A stretch of DNA of 64,000 nt from assembly GCF_003057965.1 (NCBI RefSeq), contig NZ_CP020921.1:1042916-1106915 (forward strand), written 5' to 3'. Source of the stretch: Thermodesulfobium acidiphilum (GTDB lineage: Bacteria > Thermodesulfobiota > Thermodesulfobiia > Thermodesulfobiales > Thermodesulfobiaceae). The first letter of the stretch is position 1. The number at the start of each line of letters is the position of its first letter. The notes below the pieces were generated by a model. The model did not search any database, was not told the DNA's origin, and was given only the letters and a program-made list of their open reading frames with translations. The translations under genes and the position numbers were made by a program. Of the stretch, positions 29,619-40,829 are shown piece after piece.

Positions 29619-30512
29619 TTATGAAACTCTTACAAAAAACTGCTGGTTATCTACAAATTCTACCCTTAGCAAGTCTTTATCAAGTAGATAGCTTATATAT
29701 GCTAAAACAGAGAGTCTCATCAAAACACTTGTAGCCATATCTTTTATTGATATGTCAAACTTATCATATATAAGATTTAGGAGTTCTATTTCAGATATTT
29801 GCTTAAAACAGACATCAAGGATAAATTCCAAAATTTGATTAATAATTTTTTCGTTTTCATTCAAAATATCATGATAGTTTTCAAAAAGATCACCATGTGA
29901 AGGTATTATTCCTTTAAATTTCGAGTTTTTTAAGTAATTAAGAGTTTGTAAGGTCCCTTTTATGTCCGAGTTAAGAGGTATTTTGTGCTTGACTAAAAAT
30001 TCGTAAGAAATAAAAGAATCAGCACAAAAAAGATAATTTTCAAATAAAATCCCAATTTGTCCAAATGAATGTCCCGGAAGCTCAACAATTTCAAAATCTA
30101 TGTTATCAAAGTTTACCCTACCTTGAGAAACAATTCTGTCGACATTAACTTTCTTACCAAGAAAGAATTTTTGATGGAGAATTTTTGGCGGATTAGCACC
30201 ACAAAAAAGATATATAGGCTCCCACAGTGGATATTCAAGTATAGATTTAGCAGGCAAAGTTGAAAGCACTTCAGTATTAAGATGTTTTACAAACCATGAA
30301 GCACCCCCAAAATGATCAGCGTGAGCATGAGTAATAACTATTTTTTTAGGAATAATTTTTTCATCATCTAATATCTTAAATGACTTCTTTGCATTATTGT
30401 CATCAATTCCAGCATCAATTAATATAGCTTCCTTTTTTTTGTTTAGTAAGAAACCTATATTCACACTAGACTTTATATATCCTAAGTGATCATTTATGTA
30501 AATTAATTGCAT
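29619..30512 (-). CDS. MBL-fold metallo-hydrolase
   Basis: LIDAG, THAHADHFGG, LPGHSFG, IPSHG; probable start ATG 30512 behind GGAGG. Confidence 0.9.
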   Translation of the reverse strand: MQLIYINDHLGYIKSSVNIGFLLNKKKEAILIDAGIDDNNAKKSFKILDDEKIIPKKIVITHAHADHFGGASWFVKHLNTEVLSTLPAKSILEYPLWEPIYLFCGANPPKILHQKFFLGKKVNVDRIVSQGRVNFDNIDFEIVELPGHSFGQIGILFENYLFCADSFISYEFLVKHKIPLNSDIKGTLQTLNYLKNSKFKGIIPSHGDLFENYHDILNENEKIINQILEFILDVCFKQISEIELLNLIYDKFDISIKDMATSVLMRLSVLAYISYLLDKDLLRVEFVDNQQFFVRVS

Positions 30513-30579
30513 AATTACCTCCATCAAAAATAAGTGAAATATTAAGCAAATTATAACTTTGTTTTGATAAAATAAAAAT

Positions 30580-31842
30580 ATGGAAAACTTATTTGAAAGT
30601 GAACTTTCTTTGTCTCAGGCTATTTGCCCAAAAAATTTAGACGAATTCCTTGGGCAAAGCCACCTGCTAAGAAAAGATGGCACCATTTATAAAAGTATTA
30701 TAAATGCAAAATTAAAGAGTGTAATTTTATATGGACCACCAGGAGTAGGAAAAACTACTCTTGCAAGAATAATTGCCTCTTATTCAAAAGCTAACTTTGA
30801 AACCTTAAATGCAGTTCTTAGTGGAGTACCAGAATTAAGAAAGATTATAGAAAAAGCAATAGAAGATAAAAAAAGAGGTATAGAAACCTTACTCTTTGTA
30901 GACGAGGTTCACCGATGGAACAAAGCTCAACAAGATGCTCTACTTCCAGTTCTAGAAGACAATAGTATCAGATTTGTAGGAGCTACTGTTGAAAATCCAT
31001 TTTTTTATATAATTAAACCACTACTTTCAAGATCGCTATTACTTACACTCCATCCACTTAGTAAAGATGACCTTGGTAAACTATTTGATAGAGCAATAAA
31101 TTATTATAAAAAGTCCAAAAATAAAGAAATTATTTTCGATTTACAAACAAAAGAATTAATAATCAATCTCGCCCAAAAGGATGCAAGATATTTGTTAAAA
31201 ATAATTGAACTAATTGTAGAATCTTCAGAAGAAGATACAATAAAACTATCAAAAAACGACCTGGATGGAATAATTGAAAAAAAACTATTGTTTGATAAAT
31301 CTAGCGATCAGCACTATGATACAATTTCTGCTTTTATTAAATCCATAAGGGGTAGCGATCCTGATGCAGCTATTTACTATCTAGCCCTAATGCTAAATTC
31401 AGGTGAAGACCCAAGATTTATAGCTCGAAGACTTATAATACTTGCATCTGAAGATATAGGCATGGCTGATCCATACGCTATAACAATTGCTGTAGCTACA
31501 CTCGATGCAATAAATTTCGTAGGGCTCCCAGAAGCAGAAATAAACCTTGCTCATGCCACAGTCTATCTTGCCTGTGCACCAAAGAGCAATAGTGCATACA
31601 TGGCACTAAATAAAGCAAAAAAATCCATTCAAGATGAGGAAATACTAAAAATACCTGAACATCTCAAAAATATTCATACAGAAGATTTAAAAAATAGATA
31701 CCTTTATCCTCACGATTTTCCAGAACACTTTGTAAGACAAAGGTATCTATCCCAAAATAAGAAATTTTATTACCCATCGGATGTAGGTTTTGAAAAGAAA
31801 ATCAAAGAGAGATTACAAAAATTATGGGGTGAAGAAAAATAG
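30580..31842 (+). CDS. rarA: Replication-associated recombination protein RarA/MgsA
   Basis: LYGPPGVGKTT, FVDEVHRWNKAQQDALL, HYDTISAFIKSIRGSDPDAA, ASEDIGMADP, PKSNSAY. Confidence 0.95.
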   Translation: MENLFESELSLSQAICPKNLDEFLGQSHLLRKDGTIYKSIINAKLKSVILYGPPGVGKTTLARIIASYSKANFETLNAVLSGVPELRKIIEKAIEDKKRGIETLLFVDEVHRWNKAQQDALLPVLEDNSIRFVGATVENPFFYIIKPLLSRSLLLTLHPLSKDDLGKLFDRAINYYKKSKNKEIIFDLQTKELIINLAQKDARYLLKIIELIVESSEEDTIKLSKNDLDGIIEKKLLFDKSSDQHYDTISAFIKSIRGSDPDAAIYYLALMLNSGEDPRFIARRLIILASEDIGMADPYAITIAVATLDAINFVGLPEAEINLAHATVYLACAPKSNSAYMALNKAKKSIQDEEILKIPEHLKNIHTEDLKNRYLYPHDFPEHFVRQRYLSQNKKFYYPSDVGFEKKIKERLQKLWGEEK

Positions 31843-31843
31843 T

Positions 31844-32488
31844 TTACTTTTCAAAAACTGCTTTCATAACAATCAGCTCTTTTTCTTTGTTTCCAGGTAT
31901 CACTTCATATTTACTTGAGTTAATTTTATTTATACTATATTTCCACACTGATAAAAACTCATTGAGCGTTTTAATCGGAAATTCATTTCCGGTCAATTTA
32001 TAGTGCATTGGAATAACTTGTTTTGGATTAATAATGTCTACAATTCTCATTACCTCATCTGACCCAATTGTATAAAACCCACCTACAGGAATCAAAAGCA
32101 AATCAAGGTTTTCATATGGTTTCAAAGAATCCTTAGATGGCACCTCCCCTAAATCACCAAAATGAGCAAGGCTTAAGTCATCAGCAATTATTTTAAAAGC
32201 AACTATTTTCCCCCTATCCTTTCCTCCGTTATTATCATGATTAAATTGATGACCTTCGATAGAAAGGTCTTTAAACTCAAATTTTCCAGCATTTTTAAAT
32301 ACCTTTGGGTTACCTTTAACAACGTTAACCGCATTATGATCGAAGTGATCGTGAGATATAAAAACCACATCAACTGGAACAGAAGGTAAAGGATAACCTA
32401 CCTTTTCATTAAACGGATCAAACATAAATCTTGTGCCAGCTTTTGTTTCACACACGAAACAAGAATGACCAAAATATTCAATCTTCAT
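31844..32488 (-). CDS. MBL-fold metallo-hydrolase
   Basis: YFGHSCF, DPF, SHDHFDHN, HFGDLG, IPVGG, IPMHY. Confidence 0.9.
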   Translation of the reverse strand: MKIEYFGHSCFVCETKAGTRFMFDPFNEKVGYPLPSVPVDVVFISHDHFDHNAVNVVKGNPKVFKNAGKFEFKDLSIEGHQFNHDNNGGKDRGKIVAFKIIADDLSLAHFGDLGEVPSKDSLKPYENLDLLLIPVGGFYTIGSDEVMRIVDIINPKQVIPMHYKLTGNEFPIKTLNEFLSVWKYSINKINSSKYEVIPGNKEKELIVMKAVFEK

Positions 32489-32643
32489 TTTTTAACCTCC
32501 AAAAATAAGATTTTTTTTACAGGATTTGACTAGAAACTTAAATTATTAAATATTATTTTAAATCAAAAATAAATTAAAATGTTAGAATAACCCTGTTACT
32601 TATACTTTTTTTTTTACGTATCTTTAATGAAGAGGTGATAGTT

Positions 32644-33669
32644 ATGAAAATTTTGATTGCTGGAACGGGAGCTTTAGGAATGCTATTTGCAGCCTATCTA
32701 TCAGAAAAACATGAAGTTCAGCTATTTGGATTTAGTAAAAACGTAGATTTTATAAATAACAATGGAATAAAGGTTATAACCCCACAAAGCACAAAAAATT
32801 ATAAAAACGTTAGAGCATTTAGCGACCCAAAATTAATCAAAAATGAAAAGTTTGATCTATTAATTGTTGTTGTAAAATCATTTTCTACAAAGGATTATTA
32901 TGATGCCCTTGGAGAAATAAAATCAAACATTTCTTATGCGCTTTCTTTTCAAAACGGCATCAAAAAGGAAGAAGAGCTGATAAATTTCATAGGTAAAGAT
33001 AAAGCCATCTCTTCTGCATGTACCATAGGCGCAACTTTTACCGACAAAGGAGCTGTCAAATACACTTCACCGGGTTTTATATGGCTTTCATTATACGAAA
33101 AAACAAACCCCTCTGCAAAATTTCTTGAAAATTTATCTCAAACTTTTGCTAACATTAATTTTCCTACAAACATTGAAAACGATCCATACGGTCTCGTTTG
33201 GAATAAGCTTGTATTTTATAGCGCAGGGGCAGCGGTAGGTTGTTTAACTTTACTTCCATACCATATGATATGGAATTCAAAGAGTCTTTGTAAAGTTTTT
33301 CTGGATGCTCTAAAAGAAGGCAAAGTTATTGCAGAAAGTGAGGGAGTAAAGCTTTTCGATATGAAGGGGCTAGAGGTAATTAGTTTAACCACTATGCTTA
33401 GCGAAGATGAAGCTACAGAAATTTTAAATGGGAAAGCAAAACAACTTGAAACAAGGGGACTAAGGGATTTAAGAGTATCAATGTCTGTTGATATCTTAAG
33501 ACAAAAGAAAACAGAATTAGAATTTACTCTTGGAGAACTCTATCACAGAGGAGTAAAAAACAAACTCATCACACCTGTTATTCACACATCTTATCATATA
33601 ATCAAGGGTTTAGAAGAACTTTATCTTAATAAAGAAAGAAACTTCCTATATAAATATAGGTTAATATAA
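32644..33669 (+). CDS. panE: Ketopantoate reductase family protein
   Basis: MKILIAGTGALG, VVKS, SFQNG, WNKL, SMSVDI...TELE; probable start ATG 32644. Confidence 0.8.
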   Translation: MKILIAGTGALGMLFAAYLSEKHEVQLFGFSKNVDFINNNGIKVITPQSTKNYKNVRAFSDPKLIKNEKFDLLIVVVKSFSTKDYYDALGEIKSNISYALSFQNGIKKEEELINFIGKDKAISSACTIGATFTDKGAVKYTSPGFIWLSLYEKTNPSAKFLENLSQTFANINFPTNIENDPYGLVWNKLVFYSAGAAVGCLTLLPYHMIWNSKSLCKVFLDALKEGKVIAESEGVKLFDMKGLEVISLTTMLSEDEATEILNGKAKQLETRGLRDLRVSMSVDILRQKKTELEFTLGELYHRGVKNKLITPVIHTSYHIIKGLEELYLNKERNFLYKYRLI

Positions 33670-35034
33670 ATGTCATTAATAGCAAGGGAAAATAAATATA
33701 TTAAAAGGATCGTATTTAGCTTTTTACTATTCTTGATATCTCTACTTATTTACAGCCTATCACCAAATTTACCAACATCCTACGCAGCTGACTCAAACGA
33801 AACAAACATACTAACTCTTGAAGATGCACTCAAAATAGCAAAAGAAAACAACAAAACTCTTCAAGCACAATATTATCAGATGCAATCTGCAAAGGAAACG
33901 TATATTCAAGCTTTAGGATACAGACTGCCAAATATTACAGGTTCTCTTAACTACGAAAGAATTAGGACTATGTCAACAAATAATGCGTCTTATGGTTCAA
34001 AAGATGATTTTTCTTATTCTTTAAATGCAAATCAGCTTCTTTATGATTTTGGAGCAACAAATTCATATATACAAAGTGTTTATCACACGTACAAGCAAAG
34101 CGAAAAGCAATATCTTGATACTCTCAGACAAATAGAATATCAGGTAAAACAAAGTTATTTAAACGTTTTATCTGCTAAACAACTTTATGATACTGCTAAA
34201 GAAGGTTTAAACCTTGCCAATCTAATTTTAAAATACACTCAATCTGAATTTGACGTAGGTTTAGTTGCCAGATCAGATGTTCTCTCCGCAGAAGTTGAAG
34301 TCCAAAACGCTAAAATTTCACTTTTAAACGCTAAAAATCAAATTAACGTGAGTCTTGCAAACTTAGCAAATGTATTAGGTTATGACCCTAGAAAAAGTTT
34401 TACAATATCTCAAATAGCTTATAAGAATTCTCCTAAATCTATATCAACAAGCTTTGCAGATCAAATTTTTTCCATTGCAATAAAAAATAGACCTGATATT
34501 GCAGCCATCGTAGAAAGTATTGATGTTGCAAATTATACTCTGAAAAACCTTAAAAGTTCTTTATACCCTAAAATTAATCTTGTTGCCGATTATTCAAGAA
34601 GTGATAGTAAATTTCCACCTGAAAACTATTCATGGTTCTACGGCATAACCGCAACGGTAACCTTTTACAACGGTGGACAAAACATTTCGAAAATCAGACA
34701 GGAACAGGACACCCTTAATTATTTGATAAAAACAAAAGATAATTTAGAAGATTCAGTAAAACTAGCTGTGTGGACAGATATTTTGAATTTAAACAACGCT
34801 TATTCTACGTTTGAGTTATCTGACGCTGCAGTAAAAAGTGCTGAAGAGAATCTAAAAGTAAATGAAGCCCAATATAAAGAGGGTTTAAATTCTATAATTG
34901 ATCTTACAACAGCTAGAAATAACTATATTGCGGCAAAAAATCAAAGAATTATAAATGAATATAATTATTATCTTAGCCTTGCTACCCTGGAGAGAGATCT
35001 GGGTGTAAAATTTTTCAATATTGAAAATTACTAA
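33670..35034 (+). CDS. TolC-family outer membrane protein
   Basis: LTLEDALKIAKENN, FDVGLVARSDVL, YKEGLNSIIDL. Confidence 0.9.
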   Translation: MSLIARENKYIKRIVFSFLLFLISLLIYSLSPNLPTSYAADSNETNILTLEDALKIAKENNKTLQAQYYQMQSAKETYIQALGYRLPNITGSLNYERIRTMSTNNASYGSKDDFSYSLNANQLLYDFGATNSYIQSVYHTYKQSEKQYLDTLRQIEYQVKQSYLNVLSAKQLYDTAKEGLNLANLILKYTQSEFDVGLVARSDVLSAEVEVQNAKISLLNAKNQINVSLANLANVLGYDPRKSFTISQIAYKNSPKSISTSFADQIFSIAIKNRPDIAAIVESIDVANYTLKNLKSSLYPKINLVADYSRSDSKFPPENYSWFYGITATVTFYNGGQNISKIRQEQDTLNYLIKTKDNLEDSVKLAVWTDILNLNNAYSTFELSDAAVKSAEENLKVNEAQYKEGLNSIIDLTTARNNYIAAKNQRIINEYNYYLSLATLERDLGVKFFNIENY

Positions 35035-35067
35035 TTTAGAAAGCAAATTATTACATAAGGAGGAGAG

Positions 35068-36174
35068 ATGTTAAAGTTCTTTAAACAAAAGAAAGTAATA
35101 GCCATAATTACCGCTTTAATAATTATTCTTACAATTATATTGTACGGTTATAATACATATATGAACAACCTAAAAAAATTGCAGCAAGAAGTTAAAATAA
35201 CACAGGTAACGAGAAAAACTATTACAGAAGTGGTAAATTCAACAGGTACCATTAATCCACAAGTTGGCGCTCAAATTAACGTGGGAGCTAGGGTTACAGG
35301 ACAGGTTATAAAACTAAACGTACAAGTAGGAAGTGTCGTTCAAGCAGGAGAGGTTTTAGCAGAAATTGACCCAAGGCCACAAATAGCTGCTCTTGAACAA
35401 GCCAAGTCAAATTATCAAGCAGCACTAAGTAACTATAATTATGCAAAGATAAACTATGAAAGATATGCCAAATTATTCGAAGAAGGACTTATTTCAAAGG
35501 ACAAATACGACAGTGTAAAAGCAAACTATCTAGCTCAAAAAGGAACAGTTGATGCTGCCAAGGCAGCTGTTAATACTGCACAGACAAACCTTGAATACTG
35601 TACTATTACAGCTCCAATAAGCGGAATGGTTTCAGCAGTTACAACGCACCAGGGAGAAACAGTAGTATCTGGATTGAATGCGCCAAACTTTGTAACAATT
35701 GATGACCTCGATAAGCTGGAAGTAGACGCTTCAATTGACGAAACAGATATCGGTAAAGTAAAGGTGGGAATGCCTGCTACATTTACGGTTCTTGCTTATC
35801 CTAACAAAACTTTTACTGGAACAGTCGCAGCAATATATCCAACTTCAACTGTAGTAAGTAACGTTGTTTACTACACAACTGTAATAAAAATCGATTCAAA
35901 TCCTGAACATTTTTTGAGGCCAGGAATGACTGCAAACGTAAACATCAAGGTTCAGGAGAAGAAAGATGTATTAGCAGTACCTAATCTTGCTCTTAAGACA
36001 TTTGGTAATCAAACTGTGGTTTTTGTGGAAACAAGTCCAGGAGTATTTGAAAAGAGAATAGTTAAGACTGGCATTTCAGATCTAGACTATACCGAAATAA
36101 CCAGCGGCTTAAAAGAAGGAGATAAAGTAATTGTTGGAGATATTCCAGAAAACTTGTTAAAAAAGATAAAATGA
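35068..36174 (+). CDS. MacA-like periplasmic adaptor
   Basis: VGARVTGQV, ITAPISG, IDETDIGKVKVG, LRPGMTANV. Confidence 0.9.
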   Translation: MLKFFKQKKVIAIITALIIILTIILYGYNTYMNNLKKLQQEVKITQVTRKTITEVVNSTGTINPQVGAQINVGARVTGQVIKLNVQVGSVVQAGEVLAEIDPRPQIAALEQAKSNYQAALSNYNYAKINYERYAKLFEEGLISKDKYDSVKANYLAQKGTVDAAKAAVNTAQTNLEYCTITAPISGMVSAVTTHQGETVVSGLNAPNFVTIDDLDKLEVDASIDETDIGKVKVGMPATFTVLAYPNKTFTGTVAAIYPTSTVVSNVVYYTTVIKIDSNPEHFLRPGMTANVNIKVQEKKDVLAVPNLALKTFGNQTVVFVETSPGVFEKRIVKTGISDLDYTEITSGLKEGDKVIVGDIPENLLKKIK

Positions 36175-36911
36175 ACGAAAAAATTATAGAATTAGAAAAT
36201 ATACAAAAAGTCTATAAATCTGGTACTCTTGAGACAGTTGTCTTAAGAGACATAAGCTTTGTTATCAACAAAGGTGAATTTGCTTCTATTATGGCACCAT
36301 CTGGAAGCGGAAAAACAACTCTAATGAACATAATAGGACTGTTAGATAGACCTACAGGAGGAAGATATTTCCTGGATAACAAAGAGGTTTCCAAATTATC
36401 AGATAATGAACTTGCTCATCTGAGAAATCAATATATAGGCTTTATATTTCAGCAATTTCATCTCTTACCTGATCTTACAGCAATTGAAAATGTTTTACTC
36501 CCCTCTGTATATGCAAAAAATCCTCCACCAGATATAAGAGACAGAGCTAAAAAGTATCTTGAAACAGTAGGTTTGGGAGAAAGACTAAATTTTTATCCGT
36601 CTGAATTATCAGGCGGCCAACAACAAAGAGTAGCTATAGCAAGATCTCTTATCAATAATCCTAAGTTAATTCTTGCCGATGAGCCAACAGGTAACCTTGA
36701 TCCACAATCTGGCATGGAAATATTGTCAGTTTTTCAAAAACTTAATGAAGAAGGCATTACAATATTAATGGTTACTCACTCTCCTGAAATTGCGCTTTTT
36801 ACAAAAAAGGTAATTACTCTTAGCTTTGGTAAAGTGCTTAAAGAAGATATTATTAAAAATCCCAAATCTGCTCAAGAAGAATTGCAAAAAATGTATATGA
36901 TCAATCCATGA
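36171..36911 (+). CDS. MacB/LolD-type ABC ATP-binding protein
   Basis: [36 protein letters not shown]. Confidence 0.93.
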   Translation: MNEKIIELENIQKVYKSGTLETVVLRDISFVINKGEFASIMAPSGSGKTTLMNIIGLLDRPTGGRYFLDNKEVSKLSDNELAHLRNQYIGFIFQQFHLLPDLTAIENVLLPSVYAKNPPPDIRDRAKKYLETVGLGERLNFYPSELSGGQQQRVAIARSLINNPKLILADEPTGNLDPQSGMEILSVFQKLNEEGITILMVTHSPEIALFTKKVITLSFGKVLKEDIIKNPKSAQEELQKMYMINP

Positions 36912-38116
36912 TTATAAAAATTCTTTCTTCAGCGATTAAGATAAACTTAAAACAGGGCTTAAAGGTTTTTATTATGATCTCAGGTATATCTCTTTGTATC
37001 CTTGTAATTACTTTAGTAACCTCAATAAGTCTTGGTGCAAGACAGCTTGTAAACGAAACCCTTCAACAATTTGGTCCAACTTCCATTATAGTTTTTGCTG
37101 GAGGCAGAAGACAACCCGGGCAACCATTTCAAAGGTATACTACCATGACATTAGATGATGTCAAATCAATCAAAGACCAGATAAGCGGCATTGTAGCAAT
37201 AGATCCTGAAGCAAACAGTAATATGAACGCAAAATATAGAGCACAAAACATAGACACAATTGTCTCTGGTGCAACACCATCATTCACTACCGCATGGGAT
37301 TGGAATGTAGCTGAAGGGAGATTTTTTACCGAAAGAGAAAATGCTTCTATGTCAAGAGTAGCTGTAATTGGAACTACAGTTGCAAAGCAATTATTTCAGG
37401 GGGAAAATCCGCTTGGCAAGCTTATTAGAATTGGCACCACACCATTTACAGTTATTGGAGTATTAACTTCGCTTGGTACTACACCGAATGGAATTGATAG
37501 AGACAATAGAATTGTAATCCCTCTTAACACGATGATGAAAAGAATGTTGAACCAGACATACATTACAATGATGAGAATAAAGTTTGCACCGGACACTAAC
37601 ATAAACGTTGTAGCAGATGAAATTAGTACAATTCTAAGATATAATCACAAACTTACTACATCGGGCCTTCCAGATGATTTTACAATCATAACCCCTGATA
37701 AGGTGATGGAATTTTTAAACAAAATAAACTCAACCTTAAATATTTTTTTAGTTGTTTCGACAATAGTTGCAATAATTATAGGTTCTGTCGTTGTTTCGAA
37801 TATAATGCAGGCATCTATTTCTGAAAGAGAAAAAGAAATTGCTCTCAGAAGAGCATTTGGAGCTACAAAATCGCTTATTGTAATACAAGTTTTCCTTGAA
37901 ATATTTGTGATTAGTATTATTGGTTCAATTTTTGGAGCAACCTTGGGAGCTTTACTTGGAATAATAATGGAACATTTAACAGGAATTCACGTTTCAATTA
38001 GCCCTCTCTTATTTCTTGTCGCATTTAGCGTATCTACAATAATAGCGTTAATTGCAGGAATCCAACCTGCAATAAAAGCTAGTTCATACGATCCAGCAGC
38101 AGTTTTACAAAGATGA
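36908..38116 (+). CDS. MacB/FtsX-type ABC permease
   Basis: N-terminal TM helix, periplasmic EGRFF...VAVIG domain, SISEREKEIALRRAFGA. Confidence 0.9.
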   Translation: MIIKILSSAIKINLKQGLKVFIMISGISLCILVITLVTSISLGARQLVNETLQQFGPTSIIVFAGGRRQPGQPFQRYTTMTLDDVKSIKDQISGIVAIDPEANSNMNAKYRAQNIDTIVSGATPSFTTAWDWNVAEGRFFTERENASMSRVAVIGTTVAKQLFQGENPLGKLIRIGTTPFTVIGVLTSLGTTPNGIDRDNRIVIPLNTMMKRMLNQTYITMMRIKFAPDTNINVVADEISTILRYNHKLTTSGLPDDFTIITPDKVMEFLNKINSTLNIFLVVSTIVAIIIGSVVVSNIMQASISEREKEIALRRAFGATKSLIVIQVFLEIFVISIIGSIFGATLGALLGIIMEHLTGIHVSISPLLFLVAFSVSTIIALIAGIQPAIKASSYDPAAVLQR

Positions 38117-39333
38117 ACAATTTCCTCATTAATTTTTCACAAGCATTGAGAAGTATTTCTAGAAGAAAAAGTAAATCAATTCTTGCTATTTTGGGTTTCT
38201 TAATCGGTATAAGCGCAACTGTCATAATAGCAAGTATCAGCTCTGGAGTGAAAGAAAAGACAATTGAACAAATAAAAAGTATGGGCAGTAATATGATAGT
38301 AGTTACAGCTGGGCAACTCAAAATAATGGGAAACAGACCACATCAGGTCGGAAATGTAACTACTCTTACCCCCTTGGATTATGAAATCATTAAAAAGGAT
38401 TTACCAAATGCAAAAATCGCAGCAACACAGCAAAAAACATTTACAGTAAAATTCTCTGATTATAGCACACAAACTACCATTATAGGTGCAACTCCAAGCC
38501 TATTTAGTGTAAGAGGTTACACAGTTAGTATAGGAAGAGAATTTACTTCTAGAGAAAATAGACTTCGTGAAAGAGTAGCAATAATTGGTAGAACAGTAAT
38601 ACAAAACCTAAATGCAATCCCAGAACAACTTCTAAATGCGACAATTTTTATAAATAATATACCATTTAGAGTTATAGGAATACAGGATCCGGTAGGAATT
38701 GATATTGGTGGACAAGATGAAGATAATCAGATAATTATTCCTCTTGACACAGCTCTAGATAGAGTTCTAAACGTTACGTATATTAATAATATCTACATTA
38801 GCGCACCACAAGAATATCTTATGAGTTCATATAAAGACGAGGTAATTAAAATACTAAGGAAAAATCATAAACTTACAGATGGGCAACAAAATGATTTTAC
38901 AGTTCAGGATCAAAGCGACATAATTGCAGCACAAACTAAGTCTACTCAAACACTTGATAACCTTACAGTAGCATTAGCCATGATTGCTGTCTTTATAGGT
39001 GGGCTAGGGATTGCTGCTGTTTTACTTGTCGCAGTAAGAGAACGGACCAAAGAAATAGGTGTCAGAAAATCCTTTGGTGCTACAAAACAAGATATCTTGA
39101 CTCAGTTTTTTATTGAAGCAACAATACTTTCTGGTTCTGGTACAATTTCTGGTGTATTAATAGGCCTATTAATAACTTTTATAATAACTTTAATTACTAA
39201 AATGCCTTTTGTAATCCCCTTCAACGTTTTAATTCCACTAATATTTATAGCTTTTCTAATGGGAGTCATATTTGGAACAATACCAGCAAAAAGAGCTGCA
39301 GATGTAGATCCAATTAGAGCTATTTACTCATAA
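38113..39333 (+). CDS. MacB/FtsX-type ABC permease (second paralog)
   Basis: VAVRERTKEIGVRKSFGA, PAKRAADVDPIRAI. Confidence 0.9.
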   Translation: MNNFLINFSQALRSISRRKSKSILAILGFLIGISATVIIASISSGVKEKTIEQIKSMGSNMIVVTAGQLKIMGNRPHQVGNVTTLTPLDYEIIKKDLPNAKIAATQQKTFTVKFSDYSTQTTIIGATPSLFSVRGYTVSIGREFTSRENRLRERVAIIGRTVIQNLNAIPEQLLNATIFINNIPFRVIGIQDPVGIDIGGQDEDNQIIIPLDTALDRVLNVTYINNIYISAPQEYLMSSYKDEVIKILRKNHKLTDGQQNDFTVQDQSDIIAAQTKSTQTLDNLTVALAMIAVFIGGLGIAAVLLVAVRERTKEIGVRKSFGATKQDILTQFFIEATILSGSGTISGVLIGLLITFIITLITKMPFVIPFNVLIPLIFIAFLMGVIFGTIPAKRAADVDPIRAIYS

Positions 39334-39338
39334 AAAAA

Positions 39339-39372
39339 CTTCTGAGATCTTTAGTATCCAAAGTCTCAGAAG
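39339..39372. terminator. Hairpin between convergent operons, probable bidirectional terminator
   Basis: CTTCTGAGA...TCTCAGAAG arms preceded by an A7 run (a U-tract on the minus strand). Confidence 0.7.
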
Positions 39373-39398
39373 CTTAAACATCTATTAAAAAAATATTT

Positions 39399-40049
39399 TT
39401 ACTTCTTTAACTCTTCATACCACAAAGCATTGTGCTTCATTACATACTCTTCATCGATCAATCCATTACCAAGCATTGTGCCAAGTTCCTTTCTAGAACT
39501 AGGATTAATTGCTCCAAGGTAAAAGTGAACAATAATTGCCGATCCTAAAAACGTGCCGCAAAAAACGTGTATAATAATTGCTATCTGTATTAAATAACCT
39601 GGGAATGATGCATAAAAAAACATCATTGAACCTGTAAATCCAAGGCATAATGAAAATATAATTATTATCCAACCTAAAAGCTTTTGACCTGCATTGATCT
39701 TGCCCTGTGGAGGTATTTCCTTTGCCTTTATGATTGGAGAAAGATATCCTCCAAAAACTTTCATCCATTTTTTGTCTTCAGGTGTGAAGGTACTAATTAA
39801 TTTTATAAAACCTGAAAACAATTTCAAATTAAATACTGCATACAAAAGAGGCAGCAAAAGGTAAAAAAAGCCAAGATATTTGTGAACAAAAGCAGCATTT
39901 CTAAGGCTCCCAAATGGAAAGCTCATAGCGTTCATCAAAGGATAAAATAATGATAAACCAGTCCATAACATGATTATAAATGTTATAAGATGTAACCAAT
40001 GAAATATTCGCGTAGCTTTTTTGTGTTTTTCAATCATCCTCTTAGCCAT
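39399..40049 (-). CDS. fdnI: Formate dehydrogenase cytochrome b (gamma) subunit, Cys-FDH operon
   Basis: RIFHW, VHK, PPQGKINAGQK, IIHV, IVHFY; four heme-ligand His residues. Confidence 0.9.
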   Translation of the reverse strand: MAKRMIEKHKKATRIFHWLHLITFIIMLWTGLSLFYPLMNAMSFPFGSLRNAAFVHKYLGFFYLLLPLLYAVFNLKLFSGFIKLISTFTPEDKKWMKVFGGYLSPIIKAKEIPPQGKINAGQKLLGWIIIIFSLCLGFTGSMMFFYASFPGYLIQIAIIIHVFCGTFLGSAIIVHFYLGAINPSSRKELGTMLGNGLIDEEYVMKHNALWYEELKK

Positions 40050-40828
40050 TATTGGTCACCTCCTTTATTCCCAGCTTGTATAAGTCTGTGAAGAAATACC
40101 AAACCAGCAGCGCCACCTAACATAACTAGACCAAGCGGATGCATTATGTTTTTCCAGATAAGTGTATTTACTGGAAAGACAGGATCTTTTGGCAAACCGT
40201 ATTTTTCAGGTTCATATTTAAGTATAGATAATACTCCTAGTCCCCCAAGTATGTTTTCACCATAAAGATTGGCTTCTGTAAACCCTTCTTTTTTCAAAAC
40301 TTCGACTCTTTCTTTCCCCTGTTTTACAAGTTCATCTCTTTTGCCAAAATAAAGCGCTCCACCTAAACATGCCTTTACACAAGCTGGAATAGAGGTCTCA
40401 TCAGACTTATTGCCTTCAATAACTCTTGAATAACACATATCACATTTATTTACAACTTTTCCAATTTGAGGAATTCCAAAGGGACATGCGCTGTGACAAT
40501 ATCCACATGCTATACACTTATTGTCATCAAAAGCTACTATTCCGTTCTCTGCCTGAAAAAGAGCTCCACTTGGGCAAGCTTTGACGCAAGCAGGTTCTCC
40601 GCAATGAAAGCATTGATATTTTAAAAAGTTAAAGTTCTGTCCTTCAGTAAAATCATCATAAAAGTTTATAATCATACGAGTATGTGGATTCAAGTCTGGG
40701 GGATTAGTATAAAAACCTGTAAAAGTCGTAGGATCGGTCTTCTGATCGTTCCATTGTTTACAAACAGATTGACAACCTCTACAACCCATACATTTAGAAG
40801 AGTCGAACATATAGGCTACTCTTTCCAT
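40049..40828 (-). CDS. fdnH: Formate dehydrogenase Fe-S (beta) subunit, Cys-FDH operon
   Basis: CMGCRGCQSVC, CFHCGEPACVKACP, CIACGYCHSACP, KCDMC...PACVKAC, C-terminal TM helix. Confidence 0.92.
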   Translation of the reverse strand: MERVAYMFDSSKCMGCRGCQSVCKQWNDQKTDPTTFTGFYTNPPDLNPHTRMIINFYDDFTEGQNFNFLKYQCFHCGEPACVKACPSGALFQAENGIVAFDDNKCIACGYCHSACPFGIPQIGKVVNKCDMCYSRVIEGNKSDETSIPACVKACLGGALYFGKRDELVKQGKERVEVLKKEGFTEANLYGENILGGLGVLSILKYEPEKYGLPKDPVFPVNTLIWKNIMHPLGLVMLGGAAGLVFLHRLIQAGNKGGDQ

Positions 40829-40829
40829 T

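Noticed and set aside
33670-39333. MacAB-TolC-type exporter as part of the RiPP system
   Set aside because: It is over 20 kb away, follows panE directly, and has no peptide gene nearby; nothing in the sequence links them.
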